Source of the DNA: Trichinella spiralis
Taxonomy: Eukaryota
Assembly: GCF_000181795.1 (NCBI RefSeq)
Contig: NW_003526943.1
Location: 312,487 to 376,486, forward strand
Length of the DNA stretch: 64,000 nucleotides
Direction of reading: 5' to 3'
The translations under genes were made by a program, and so were the position numbers. Positions within the stretch are counted from its first letter, which is position 1. Each line of letters opens with the position of its first letter. Under the pieces are notes generated by a model that saw only the letters and a program-made list of their open reading frames with translations, made no database searches and was not told the DNA's origin. This document shows, piece by piece, positions 36,591 through 50,559 of the stretch.

Positions 36591-38390
36591 TGTGACACTA
36601 ACTGATCAATATAAATAGTATATTTGTCTGTACGTAAATAATAATAATAATAATAACTTTAAGAGCATACTGTTGTTATGTTTTGTTGATTTTCTGTTAA
36701 TGAATTCCAACATTTTTGGGATAATATATTTCACTGGTATATAGCATTATCTTTTTCGTTTGTATTTTGAAAACTCGTAAAATAAAAGGTCATTTTTGGA
36801 GGAAATAAATAAATCACTTTCGAGTATATAGTTTGTGAAATATTTTATTATTAAACTGTTCATCAATTGCATTGACTGAAATTGTTCAAAATCGATCCTA
36901 TGCGAAATTACTTAAACTGGATGCTACATTACTATATGTATATAATTAAAACAAATTCAGAGTAATTTGAAAATAGAATTCGAAAAGCGAATATAAATTC
37001 TTTTTCTAAAACCGGGCAAGCTGAGACAATTTTCATTTTCTCCAATCAACTTCAGCAGCTTCCATAAATTTTCATAGTATAAGAAAATCACAATACAAAA
37101 AGACAAATAAGTATAAACAATCATCTCTTGCCATTATGAAAAAAATGGATCAAATAATTCCGTTGTCAAAAAATTAAAAATCAGACACCAAACAGAAGCA
37201 AGAAAGGAACTGAGAAAAATAATTTTTGTGTCCCACTGCAAACCGAAATCAAAGATACATTATCTTGATTAGTGATTGACATTAACAATCTACGATTGGT
37301 ACATTTTCATCATCGTCGCTACAAAAATATCCAAAAGAACGTTCATCAAGAGTTAAAAAACAAATCTAAATCATTACCATCATATATATATATATAATAT
37401 GCAAAACGGAATACAACTGTATCTTAAGAAAAGTAAAGAAAACATCAGAACCGAATAGAGAGAATATTAGCGAAGAATAAGCGATCTGATTAAGACAATT
37501 TTTGAAAAAGTGAATACGCAAATAATAAGAATAATAATAATAATAATAAATAATCCAAGTTGATGATAATGAAAAGCAAAAAACAAAAGTTATACGGAAT
37601 GTAATTTTAAATACCAGAGAATAAATTTATAAAAAAAAATAACGCTGCCGAAAAAGAAAAATAAAAGAATGATGTGTAATGTAGAATATAATATACAGAG
37701 ATTGTTGTATTCCGCAAAACTTTGGCAACAGTATGTAAATGATAAAAGTCGCATTTGACAGTCTGCGTGTGTAGTCAAGTGGAACAGAAAGAAACAAAGC
37801 TTGAGAAAAAGCTAAACCCGCCAATGAACAACAACACAACTTCCTTGCGGGAGTAAATCACCCTTTGCAAATTACCCTCACGCATCACAAACAAGACCTT
37901 GAGCAAATGAATAAATAAATAAATAAATATTTGTACGTAAATAAATAAATAAATAAATAAATGCTGTAGAAGGAAGAAAAAATACCAACTTTCCATTAAC
38001 AAAATTGACAACGTAACAGTAACAATAACAGGCAAGTAGGCAACAGCCATTTAAATTCGAAAAAAGAACTGAAATGTTAGGCACATTTCATGTTTGTTGA
38101 TCTTTAAAAAATACATACATACATGCATACAATGTACTGTTTTAGGCACATCGTACCTAGATGTAGAAGAAAAAAAGTAAAAAAAGAAATTGAGATGAAT
38201 AAAAATTAAAAAAAATAACAATTAAATATAATAACACAACAAAGTGAATATCTTTGGTATGAAGAGAGTAAGCAATACAAAGTAGGAGTGGAAAAACAAC
38301 GACACCGCTTTTGCATCGAGTCTTCTTTAAATCAATCACAGAGCAATGTATTTTGTTGAATGAATGAAATTCATAATTGTGAAAAACTTT

Positions 38391-41300
38391 TTAAGCATTA
38401 TGGCGATCCGGCGACCGCTTTACGTAAAGTGTGTCTAGCACCAGAAAAGAACAAGATTCCATCGACATTATAGCAATGAATCCCTGAGAAGTGATGCGCA
38501 AGCCATTGCAACGTTTCATCTTGAATTAATAAACAAAATATTAATTAATTAATTAATTAATTCAATACAAATTTTCGCTCACTGGAATCTCAGAACACTG
38601 ATAATGGCATAGCGAATCTCCATTCTTTTTAAATACGACAACATAAATTTGATTTCCATGCCAACTTCCTACAACTACATCCCCTTCGTCGGATACATCA
38701 ACACCGAAAGGATATGGAGTGAAATGTTCGCCACCAATTTTACGCAAAATTGAACCTAAAAAGATTAAATATTGAAATTAAAATCAAACAAACAAATTAA
38801 AATACATTGCAAATTAAACGTTTAATTCACAAAATCATGTAAAAAATCTTTTAATATCAAATTTAATTCATTAAAAAAAATAATAAATAGACCTGTATGT
38901 GAAAAAACAGAAACAGTATGACTGCTCAAATCTGCAATGTACAATTCATCGCCAACGACAGCTAAATCGGAAGGTTCACCTACTGCCGGTTGATAAGAGA
39001 AGCAGTGCAATATTTCAAAGGATTCAGTAAGAAAGATGACCGATTCCTCTGACATGTCAATCATGACAATTTCCCCTTTCCAACTGATCGCCAAACCACG
39101 CAACGCTTGCACAAATGGAGTACCTGAATTATGCACAATAAATGCATGCAAATATTGCAACAAAACTGCAAAAATATCCGCCCCTTCCTCTTACTGTTGT
39201 GCTTTATGTACTTCCCGCAGCGTGTGAAATATACCAAACGCGTCTGATCATTTGGACAATCACCGACAATAATTTGTGTTCCATCTCTCGACAAAATAAC
39301 CTAAGATACAAAAAAATATTTTTTAATTTAAATAAACGCATAACTTTTCACCTTCTTAAAAAATTACAAAAATAATACACTTCAAAACATTCATTCAATT
39401 ACAATTTACATTACATAACATAACATGATAGATAAACTTTAATCTTACCTTAATTATTACGATGAAAATTTCATAATTTCCTTTTTTTATTCATGCAAAA
39501 TATTAAAATTAAATTAACTGATTACTATTTGCTGTTTTCGGTGAATTATTCAAAAAAATGCATATATATATATATATAGCATTCTATATTCTCACTCGAC
39601 GTGGACTGATCAAATGCTGATGGTCAGTCATTTTTGAAAATATCGTCTTTGACTGACCATTCAAATCTAACACCTGAATCCGGTGATTCTGAGTATCAGC
39701 GACGATCAATTCCCCTTCTGGAGTGATGCAAAAGCCTTGTGGTAAGCAGAACTGACCCGGTCCTGAGCCTGCTTCTCCAAAATTTGCTCTAAATTCACAC
39801 CATAAAATGAATAAACCAATAATAATAATAAACTAAGCGATGCATTAAACTTTACTTAATTTTCATTTCATTCATGGTAATTGGGCGCCTGACGGTTGAT
39901 GGCATTGACCACGTTGACAATGTTGTAGTGGAAGAATTTTGCAAAAGTGAAGAATGAAAAAATGCCGGCCCAGTGTATTCTGACAGATGAGAAAAATTAT
40001 TGCAAAAACTGTAAGCATTCACACCGCTACTGCTAGAAACGTTGGCCGCTGGGAACAAATTCGATATTCGATCGAAATAGCAAGTTGAAGAAAAGTTCGA
40101 AAGATCATCTTTATATTCATCATGCACTGTCGGCTGAAATTATGGTGAAGAGATAATAAAGAAAGAAAAAATCATCAATATAAAATCCATCACAGCCGAT
40201 TACCATTTGACGCATGCCCAGAGTTAATGCTGCATTCGAATTGAGAAGACTATTTCCCAAATAATTATTTAATTTGTTACTTTCTAAGTAAAAATTTAAA
40301 AATCAAACTTTTCAAAATCAAGACAAATGATATTCCAAACAAATAATTTACCCTTGTAGACAGTCATTGAACAAGTAGTTTTTGATGCAGTCATCATCAC
40401 ATTATTTGCATAATCAGTATCGTAATTGGATGCCGCTGAAAATGATCCAATACTGGAAGTATTGTTGCCATAATTTCGCATCTGTTGTCCAACATCTGCA
40501 CTAATACCGCCAGAAAGTGTTGAAGCAACATATGATGCAGTTGGATTCGAATAGCAAGCATTTTGCATTAGCTGTCCTGTCGACGATGACGGCGATGAAG
40601 TATTCCCAAGAAACCAAGGCGATATTTTCGGCGTAATCAACTCCTTCTGACCCTCTTTAACTAATAAAATAAATTAATTTCTATTTTTAACTAATAAAAT
40701 CATGTTATAAAGTAATAACAATTACAAATAGGAAATATTCTAATTATTAAATCTCAGTACATACTGCTGACAGAACCAAAAGTCGAAGAGGCGGCTTTCA
40801 TAAATGCATCTATATCTTTCGTAAATACTACATTCGTCGACACCTCAGCACTAGGAATGCTGTGAACCAACTGCACCAACTGCCTAACAATAATTCGTGA
40901 TGTGCTTAAAATTTCTGAAGTGCTTCCCTTTTTCAATAATCGACCTGTAAATCTGAAATAAAACAAATCTTCAATTTCAGTATCAATTCATAAAACAAAA
41001 AGTAAATCTAGATGTGACTGACTGGTCGATGCAGTTTTACAATTACAGTTACATTCAAAAATGAAATTGCAAAAAATACTAAAAAAATCATTCACTGAAC
41101 TTTCTGCACCAGTAAACACATTGAAAAATATATGCTCAACTGCTATGTATTTTAACTTGATATAACCAACGACAGAAAAAAAATTACCGAAATGCGTCGT
41201 TCATTTTTTCACAAGTGAGATCCAATTTTCGACTGTTTTCGGCAATTTTTCGCTCAGACTCGCTGTGAGCATATTCTACTTGTGCAAGTAAATTATCACG

Positions 41301-43773
41301 AATTTTGCATATCCATTCAATGCAAATATTCGCATGATGTTCAATTTCCCGCCTCACTAAATCCGCGTTAGCATTTAAATCTTTCAAACGTTTGTCAGTG
41401 TTGGCTGTGAAGCTTTCGCAGCATGCTTTCTAGAAGAACAACAATCTTAACAACAGAAATAAATACATAAAAAATATTTCCACTTTTCAATTTCAATAAA
41501 TGCGAATGTAAAGAAAATTTATCTTTTACATTAATTCTAAGTTATTTAAAAAAATTACCTTTGCTTTCGCTTTTGAAACTAAGCTTTGTATTTCTTCTCG
41601 AACATTCGCTACCAATTTTGCACTAATGAACTCCAACTTGTGCTCCGGTGGTGCATGCAACTGCATCGTGCAATCACGACACGTCAACACCTTAAACGAT
41701 TTATATTTTTCTTCTAAAAATTTTACATTTGAAAAATTTTCTAACTCGGCATGTGAAACAAAAATGTCTGATAAATTCGTTCGTATGAATTTGACAAGTC
41801 AGCAATCTTGAACCAAGTTCCGCTTTAGCAGAGTTCGCGAATTCGTTAAATTCAAATACCTACAAGATAATTATTCCATACGAATAATTTGAAAATTTTA
41901 AAATCCACATACCCGATGATTGTCAAAACATCTCATAAAACGATGAGCATAGAAACAGTTGTCGCACAAAAAATTCTCACAATCGTAACATCCAGCCACA
42001 GCTGCTCGCTTCGCTTTGCATGACTCACAACTGGCTTCTTTTGTTCCTGTTTCAGCAGATTGACCCGTCTTATGCCGACTTGCCAGGTAATCACGAACCA
42101 AATGCTTCACCCAACGAACATCATTTCCGACATTCGTGTCCTGGAGAAAAAATGCAATATAAAAATAGACATTAATTATTTGATGACAAATAAATATAAT
42201 TTTTAATGCTTCTCTAAATTAAACTACTTAAATTAATGAAAAACTGATAAAATTTATTAAACAGTTTAACCGTACAAAATCTATGGAAATCGCAACTTTT
42301 TTCACCTGATTGCAAACCGGGCAACGAACAACACCAGGTGGTGGCTTAAAATTGCATTTCGAAGGCTCCAACGCTTTAAAAGAGTCGTTTTCTGAATCTG
42401 CCTTTCCTTCCAAAAGAGCAACTATGCACTCTTCACACAACGTGTGCAAACAGTCCAATAATCTTGGCTAATATAAACAAACTTGATGATCCATAATTAC
42501 TACAGTACACCATATATACAAAATAATAAAGCGGATGCAAAATCATATTCGAAACTTACAATCCTTCCAAGAACAAAATACTATTGTATAGATACTGAAA
42601 AATATTTTATTACAGTTTTGAAAATTAAAAACTCATAAGTTTTGCAGAATCATTCAGTTAAATGATGATTACTCCAGTCGTGTGAATAGTTGTTTTTCAG
42701 TACTAGTTTTAAACGAGTACTTATTAATTTCTATTATACTTGTCTAACACATTTCTTTGGAAAACGTCACGAAATGAAAATGAAAAGTGGTTTGTGTCAA
42801 CTTTTCTTAATTATCTATAAGCATCTAGGAAACGAAAGATACTGATTAAATTTAATGCTCGCTTTTCGAAACTTATATTCTACTGTGCCAAACAAAAGTA
42901 AGCATAGAAAGATCCACACTGATATTCGATCTTAATCTGTCTTTTAAACAATTTTTTTCAATCTTGACCAACAGATACGATGCAAACTGCTTATAATTCA
43001 AGAATTTACATAACATATACCATACTATATGAATTATACAATATTATATAAATTTTCTTACTTTGAAAGTGAAAAGACAGCTGCATTGACTTTAAATTAC
43101 ATGAAATTACCCTTCATCAGTAAAATTCATGTTTACCATAACATAGTTTATTATACAAATTACTTCTTTCATTACTCGCATATTTTCCATGCTTTTTAAA
43201 CAACCCAAACAAAGAAAATGCATCACTGCAGTAAACGAAGGCAATCATAATAAAAAATACATTAAAAACGGAAACAGGCAAATAACTAATTTTAAATTAT
43301 GGGAGAATATGCACAATTAAATTTTAATTCACATGTTGCTAATTAAAATCAACATTGAAATAATAAAATTATTTAATGTAAGAAAAGAATATTCATAAAC
43401 GTTCCAGAAATAATAAAAAGATAATCTGTGATGTTGTCAAAAAAAACATGCTTTAAAATATTTTATTCGAATACTATTTTATTACAACAATGTCTGAAAA
43501 AGTTAATATCAAGATGCTTACATTATTAAATGATTTCAGACAAACTGGACATGTATCTTCAGTCCATCCTTCGCTACCGCTAAGACTTGCATGGCCATTT
43601 TCTCTGCTTTCAACAGCTTGAAATTCAAATTCAGTAGATCCAGCTGAGTGTGGGCCGGTGTGACTAACAATCGGTGGAGAGCTTTCGCTCATGTTTAAGC
43701 TTTCTATCATACGATTCGAAATCACCTCAGCCATATCGTCTTCGACAACATTCACATTATTTTTACTTTCCAT
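38391..43773 (-). CDS. nhl-2: TRIM-NHL protein (RING, two B-boxes, coiled coil, NHL repeats), mei-P26/NHL-2 type
   Basis: RING CPVC...LDCLHTLCEEC...CPVC; B-box1 CESC..CYDCENFLCDNCFYAHRFMRCFDNH; B-box2 CQIH...FCFTC...CRDC; NHL repeats PQGFCITPEGELIVADTQNHRIQV, HGNQ and RCNGLRITSQGFI...LVLDTLY. No filamin domain was seen, which argues against LIN-41. Exact orthology is uncertain. Confidence 0.82.
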
Positions 43774-46270
43774 CTTTGTGAAAAAAATATATATAATTTA
43801 TTTATATGATGTGCACAGTAGATGAGCAGATAACAGTCAACAACTCTAGTCGAAGACTAGCCAGAACTTCAGCTTATTAGTGAAACCAGTATAACCACAT
43901 GAAAGTGGCTGAGATAACTGTAAATAATTGCACCTGAAAGTCAAACACACAACATTCAATATTGCAACTGAACGAAATTTTACAACAAACATTTTTATCA
44001 TATTATAAATTAAGATAAATATGTTTTTTAAAATTTTTATTAAGAATAAAACATAAAAAATATATACACGTTTGATATTCAATATTTTAAACTCTTTGCA
44101 TTTTCACTACTATTATCCAATTACTTTGCTTAAAATAATTGTTGCATGACTTAAAAAATTAACAGTAACATTACCATTTTGGCATACTTTATATTTCAAA
44201 ATTAAGTGAAGTGGAAATACTGTATTACACAAATGAAATATAGGATGCTTTTCTAAAGGAGGCTTTTTGAAAACGGTTCGTGATGCACCCTTGGCATGCA
44301 TTGTCAATATCTGGGATAAAAATGATGTGAATACTTTTACCAAATTAATTATTGTGAACTATACTTAATAAATCCCCTCATACAAAGTTTGGAATTCAAC
44401 AATTTCTTGCTCAACAAAACATTGCTATTAGTGAAAAAAGTTATAGATGAGAATAATTATATATAAATATACACACTACGAATGATGATGCAATTCAATC
44501 ATATTATATACGAATAGCAGCTGACCTCAAATCGTTTACAAATACAATAATAATTTTCTTACAACAGAAGGACAACATTGTGATACATTTCTACTTTACG
44601 CTCATAACAATCATCTGCATCTTTAACGTATAGTGCTGTTGGAAGCGGCAGAATGATTAGGTAAAACAATTTTATGTTTTTGTATGTGCAGAGCTGCAAG
44701 GAAAGCTTTTCCATCGCACATTGATTTGGAGAGGAATTTTATTCGTTCTTTAATTTCATTAGTTTTAATTGATTTTCCTATGATTCGCTTATACTTCAAT
44801 GCTTTTCATTCGCATATATATCTCAGACTCTTATTGGTTAATAATATTCAACTTTGAATAGCTGTATATTGCAACTTTTCAGTGGTCAAAAATCTTGCAA
44901 ACTACAAAATTTTATAAGTATGCTTTATATTAGAAAAATGATTTGTAATATTTTAAAATTTATATTGTTTAAAAATATTTTGCTTCATTTTGATTGCTAT
45001 TATTAATTTAATTTGTCATAATTTGTATTTTATCTGAAAATCAGCTTTGAAATAATTATTTCACATTATGATTTCCTTGTAACTATAATGAAATACTTTA
45101 ATCAGTACTGAAAAAGCATCTTTTCTTATTTAAAAATATGCAAAAGAAAAAGAACAATTACTGCAACAAGTTAACACAATACAAAATGTGTTATAATAAA
45201 CTTATGTTACACTGGGTGTCTTCCTGCTCAGCGTGAATGCACTGCAAAACGCAAGAAAACGCGCCAGGAGTTTCTATTTCTTCTGACGCCTTACTAGTCT
45301 CTTCGTTATATAACAGTATATATATAACATTGGCATCGCTTTCTCCAAATGTTCGTTCGCGGAGCAATCTCTTGTACGTTCTGCATATGCTATAAACGTT
45401 AGTTTTACTGAATTAATAAATGAAATAACATCTCTTCAATTCTCTACCAACTAAACACAATTCTGGAGTAAACATTATACTTAAATAGCATATTTTAATA
45501 AAACTTGGTCATAATATGCTTTAATAACATTATTCTATAAAATTTTTTAATGCTTTCTTTTTAAAAAGCACAAAGTAGATGCAGTTAAAGTAAAAAATAT
45601 CAAACAAGTTTAAAATGCTAAATAGCATGTTGCACATATACTTAATAAAATAAAAAATACTTCTTTTTTCAATTATAAAGCATGTTACAAGAATAGATGA
45701 TATGGAAATTTGTTAAAACCTGAAAATTACACGAACAGGATACTGTAATTCATTTTTTAATCAACTGTGGTGCTAGCAGTACGTGTAATCTTTATTTTTT
45801 AATTTATCAGTTAAGAGACGTTGTTTCGCTAGTGCATATGTTCATTTTGTTTATATACATTGTGAAAAAGTAAAAGTAAAAACATTGTAGAATTCTTATT
45901 AAATTTTTGTCTTGAATAATTTGCAAGTAATATAAAAATGTAAACGTTCAGTGTTAGTTAAATTTAACTGATTTAGTTAACAATTGAAAAATGAATTTGT
46001 TGAAAAAATATTCTGTTTCGTTTAGTTCTCAAGCGCATGTCATCATAAGAAAAGATTATTTTTCAAGTCTTCTATTTTTTGTGTTACTTAATGTTTCGTT
46101 CACTTGGTGTAGTTTGTAAGTAAAAATTTTTTTCTTAAAGTGTTTAGGCAATTTCTTCAGCAACATATTTCAACTTTTATAACCAGTTTTATGTACGAAG
46201 TTATCAGAATTAGCGTCATTCATTACGTAATGTTTGCATTAACCTTTGTTTTTTTGAATTGTAGCCAGAT

Positions 46271-48196
46271 ATGCCTCCTTCTGTAGCTGACGTAGAAGAT
46301 TCGCACATAAGCGATCCGAAATGTGAATTTTATACCAATTATGATTGTAAAGAAATTTTGGGAAAGTAAATTATTTTTACTTGTGCATATTGTTTGTGGA
46401 ATGCTTCATTTGAAATTTTTTTCTCAGAGGTATGAGCAGTACAGTTCGTCGATGCATACGAAAATCAACGGGAAAAGAGTATGCAGTGAAAATTATTGAT
46501 GTCAGTTCTGAGAAAGCTACCGAAGAACAAGCCAGGGAACTTCGAGAGACCACTCTTCGTGAAATTCGAATTCTCAAAATGATGGCTGGTCATCAGAACA
46601 TAAGTAAGTTTTTCATTTTTTGTATAATTAACATATTCAATGATTGATTGCTTTTTAGTTGAATTGCACGATTTTTACGAAATGCCGTCATTTTTATTCA
46701 TTGTATTTGAACTGTAATGTTGTTTCTTTATTCATTTTTTTTGTTATGTGGCTGATTTTTTATTAGGGCTAAAGGTGGGGAATTGTTTGATTATTTGACA
46801 AAAGTGGTAACATGTTCAGAAAAGAAAACTCGGTGAGTGTTATTGTTTACTAATTCATTATTTAGATCTTTTTGCACAGTTATAAAGATAAGATAGTTTA
46901 AAGCAGAAATTCTTTAATGTTAGAATGAAAATTTCAGCAAAACAATATTTTAGACATATTATGAAACAGCTACTTGAAGCTGTAAAAGCTATGCATCAAA
47001 AGAACATCGTGCATCGCGATATTAAGGTCATTATTAGGTTTGAAAATTTTCTTTTTTAATTTCCTCAGTTAACTTTAGCTGGAAAATGTGCTTATGGTTG
47101 ATGATGAGACAGTGAAACTGACGGACTTCGGTTTTGCTTATGAAATTACGGGAGATGTGCAATTAACAGGTAAATTGTTATTTGCTCTTTAATACATACG
47201 CATTGATATTTGAAAAATTTGTAGAATTATGTGGAACACCAGGATATTTGGCACCTGAGGTTCTGAAAGTAAGCATGTATGACTCTGTCAAAGGATACGG
47301 ACTAGAAGTTGACTTATGGGCATGCGGTGTGATTATGTACACACTGTAAGTTTGATTATTCTTGTATTCGGTAGGATTTAAATGGAAGTTTGTGCTTTAT
47401 TAGTTAAAACTGAGAAGAAAGTGAAAATTATTTTTTTAGTCTTTGCGGCTACGCGCCTTTTTATCACAGAAAGCAAATTTACATGCTGAGAGCTATAACA
47501 GAAGGTCGCTATGAATTTCGTTCACCGGAATGGGATGAAATAAGCGAAGCAGCAAAAGATTTGGTAATTTTATTATTTATCATGATCTGTGGTTGTTGTT
47601 GTTGTTGCTATTTCGTATTTTTTAAATTTAAGATTCGCAAACTTCTTAGTGTCGATCCCAAGGCTCGTGCAACTGCCAAAGAAGCTTTAGCCCATCCATA
47701 TTTTCAACAGAATTTAGTCATTAAAAAAGAATTTTTTTCAATGTTTTTTACTTAAATAACGTTAATTGTAGACTGAAGAATCTGCGACTAAATTTTTGGA
47801 AAGAAGTTTTGATGCGAAGAAAAAATTTAGAGTAAATTTACAGTCATAATATGCATTATTTGTATGTGGAGAATAGTTTTTTGAAATTGTTTTTTTCTTA
47901 TTTATTAGCTAGCCATTGTGCAAGTTCGACTGTTGGTTCGCCTGCTTCGGATTCGTTACATTCCGATTTTGGTTGCCGCCTCTTCAGTACAGGCGAATCC
48001 TTATGCGACGAGAAAGATTCGGAAGCACATTGATGCCTTGGCATTTCGTATTTATGGTCACTGGGTGAAGAAAGGACGGGAGCAGTTCCGCGATGCTTTA
48101 TTTGCAAATGCTGTCAAAAACGACATGCAGCGCTTTCGCAAGCCAGTAATGAAAGGCGATTCAACGCCAGATTCGTCAGCTATTACTGTCTATTGA
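46271..48196 (+). CDS. Phosphorylase b kinase gamma catalytic chain, multi-exon
   Basis: [74 protein letters not shown], and the PhK-gamma tail [16 protein letters not shown]. Confidence 0.93.
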
Positions 48197-48968
48197 AAAT
48201 AATGAAATTTTTTAAAATTTAGCTTTAATTTGGAAAAATGTTTTCAGTAGAAAAATTAATTTGAATGAGATCAATAGAATACTTATATTTGCCTTGACTT
48301 TAACATCGCTGTGATATAGTAATAGTTTGCTTTTACAATTCTTAGGTAGGCTTGTATGTATGTGTGTCTGTGTGCTTCCTTTCAGAGGAGAAACTTTTGA
48401 TTTAGGATTCGAAAAGGTATAATATTTTGCCTGAGCTCTTTGTCAGAACAAATTACTTCAACAACTGCTGATTATTTATCAATTTATTTCAAACTAATAA
48501 TTTTTTTAAATAAATTTTAAAAATTTGGCTTTATTTCTTTCATTGGCTCTACGAAGCAACAACTAGGCAAAGTTTAGCAGAATTGATATGATCAACAATT
48601 TAAATGTTTCAAGTAAACCTAATTTGTGCTACTGCTTAAATATTTTTTTACCTTTTGAATTCATAATTTAGATTTACATAAAGTTTCCGTAAATAAATTA
48701 TTTAATTCCATCCATACTTGTTTACTAAAATCGAACAATACCGTAGTATATAAAATTAGAATTTTAAGCAACGTAAAATATTAATAATATGAAAGTAATT
48801 TAAATTTAATTTTTATTTGTTGACTAATTTATTATACATTTCGCATTGATGAATGTTATATGTAAATGAACCTGCAAGCTATTGTACGGTTACAGTATTT
48901 CATTGTCATTGATGAGCGCGTTTGTGATTTGAAATACGTGAACTTATCCGCACAAATACTGAAGCGAA

Positions 48969-49758
48969 ATGCGTCCAAAGCCAGTTTTTGAGCGACGTCT
49001 TGTAATTTTGGGCTTTCGTTCAGTTGGTGAGAGAGCATTTTTCAGCTGTATCTCTTTTGCTTCTTTTCACTGTTGAAAATTGCTAGCATTGTTTTCATGA
49101 TGGGCAAATTTTCAAAAATTCCATTGGAAAAAAGAGTTGGCCTGTAATTATCCTTATGTACATGCTTTTTGTTGCCTTTTTTTATTGTAGTAATTTTTAA
49201 AAATACATATTAATGAATATTTTTTCATCTGCACATGAAAAAAATGATATGTTCATTATGCATTGTTTTTGAGTTTGTTTGATACAAAAAATAGCTGTCG
49301 CAGAATTTGAGTGATTTACTGTTTTGAAATTATTTTTTCAGCCAAATGTAATATATGACTTTGATTTTAGCAGCTGATTTCTTTTTTCTTTTTTAATTTG
49401 TATTTTTACATGGTAAATAGTTTTGCAGTTTAGATGATTGGCGGTTAACGACTCAATTATGTAGGATGGAATTTTAAGAATTCGTGCGTGAAATTGCTGT
49501 TGACCCTTAAGGATTGCAACGAAGAATGATACGATGCATAATGAGAAATTTTTGAAATAACATAAAGTTGTGCGCTTATTAGCAGTTCAGATTTTTCACA
49601 TTTTGTGAATATTCTTGTTTTTTATGAATGTTTTGATGTTTTCTATTTTTACCTAGTAAATTTTGTTATTGTATATGTTTATGCAATCAATAATATGTTT
49701 AAGTATTTTACTTAGAGTTGCTGGCTTTTAAAACAAGATTCATTTTAATATTATTAGG

Positions 49759-49835
<77 letters not shown>

Positions 49836-50478
49836 GAAATTAGATCTATTTTCTTCGAAAATCTGGAAAAATCTTTGTCTATAATTATGTGATTAGTGTT
49901 GAGAATATTTTTTATGATAATTATTAAAATATTAATTGCAATAAACATTTGAATTTGTAATATTATTTGGAAAAGCAGGAAAGGAGTAAATGCTTTGCAG
50001 TTTAGCGTATTAGTTTGCAGCTGTTCAATTGTAAATTATGATGGAAAGGAATTTGTTTTATTTTTATTAGCAATAAATCTCATCAAACATTGTGAATTAT
50101 TTTTATATATGCACTGGTGTTGAAACTAGGAATATAGCTTGATTAATTATTACCCAAAGGTGCTTTGGCAATTTGATACTTCCAGTGCATATTTATTTGA
50201 CATGAATATGTTAAATTATGCATTTTTCAATGTACTGTAAATTTTCAATATGTTTTTATTTAAGGAAAGTCATCACTGTCTTTACAGTTTACAGAAAACA
50301 GATTTCCCGACAGTTATGATCCAACAATAGAAAACAGTAAGTATTGCATTTATTTATTGTTTGCTTTACCCAAGTTTTGTTTTGTTAACAAATTCATTCA
50401 TTTGGCTCATTAACAGTCATCATGATATAATGTTTTTTTTATTCTTTTACTATTTAACTGATATATTATAGTTTTAGC

Positions 50479-50559
<81 letters not shown>

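Noticed and set aside
37590..38339. Short hydrophobic ORFs here and at 12558-13023, 24418-24693, 43846-44343 and 58622-59070
   Set aside because: Products of AT/U-rich UTR or intergenic sequence, mostly with non-ATG starts and no protein-like signal.
38705..38716. ATATCCTTT as a U12 (AT-AC) 5' splice site
   Set aside because: Lies within an uninterrupted NHL repeat reading frame (TPYPFGVDV).
49097..49145. ATG GGC AAA...GGC CT|gtaatt as Rheb exon 1
   Set aside because: Lacks the G1 box and has the wrong phase; the exon at 48969-49026 fits Rheb exactly.
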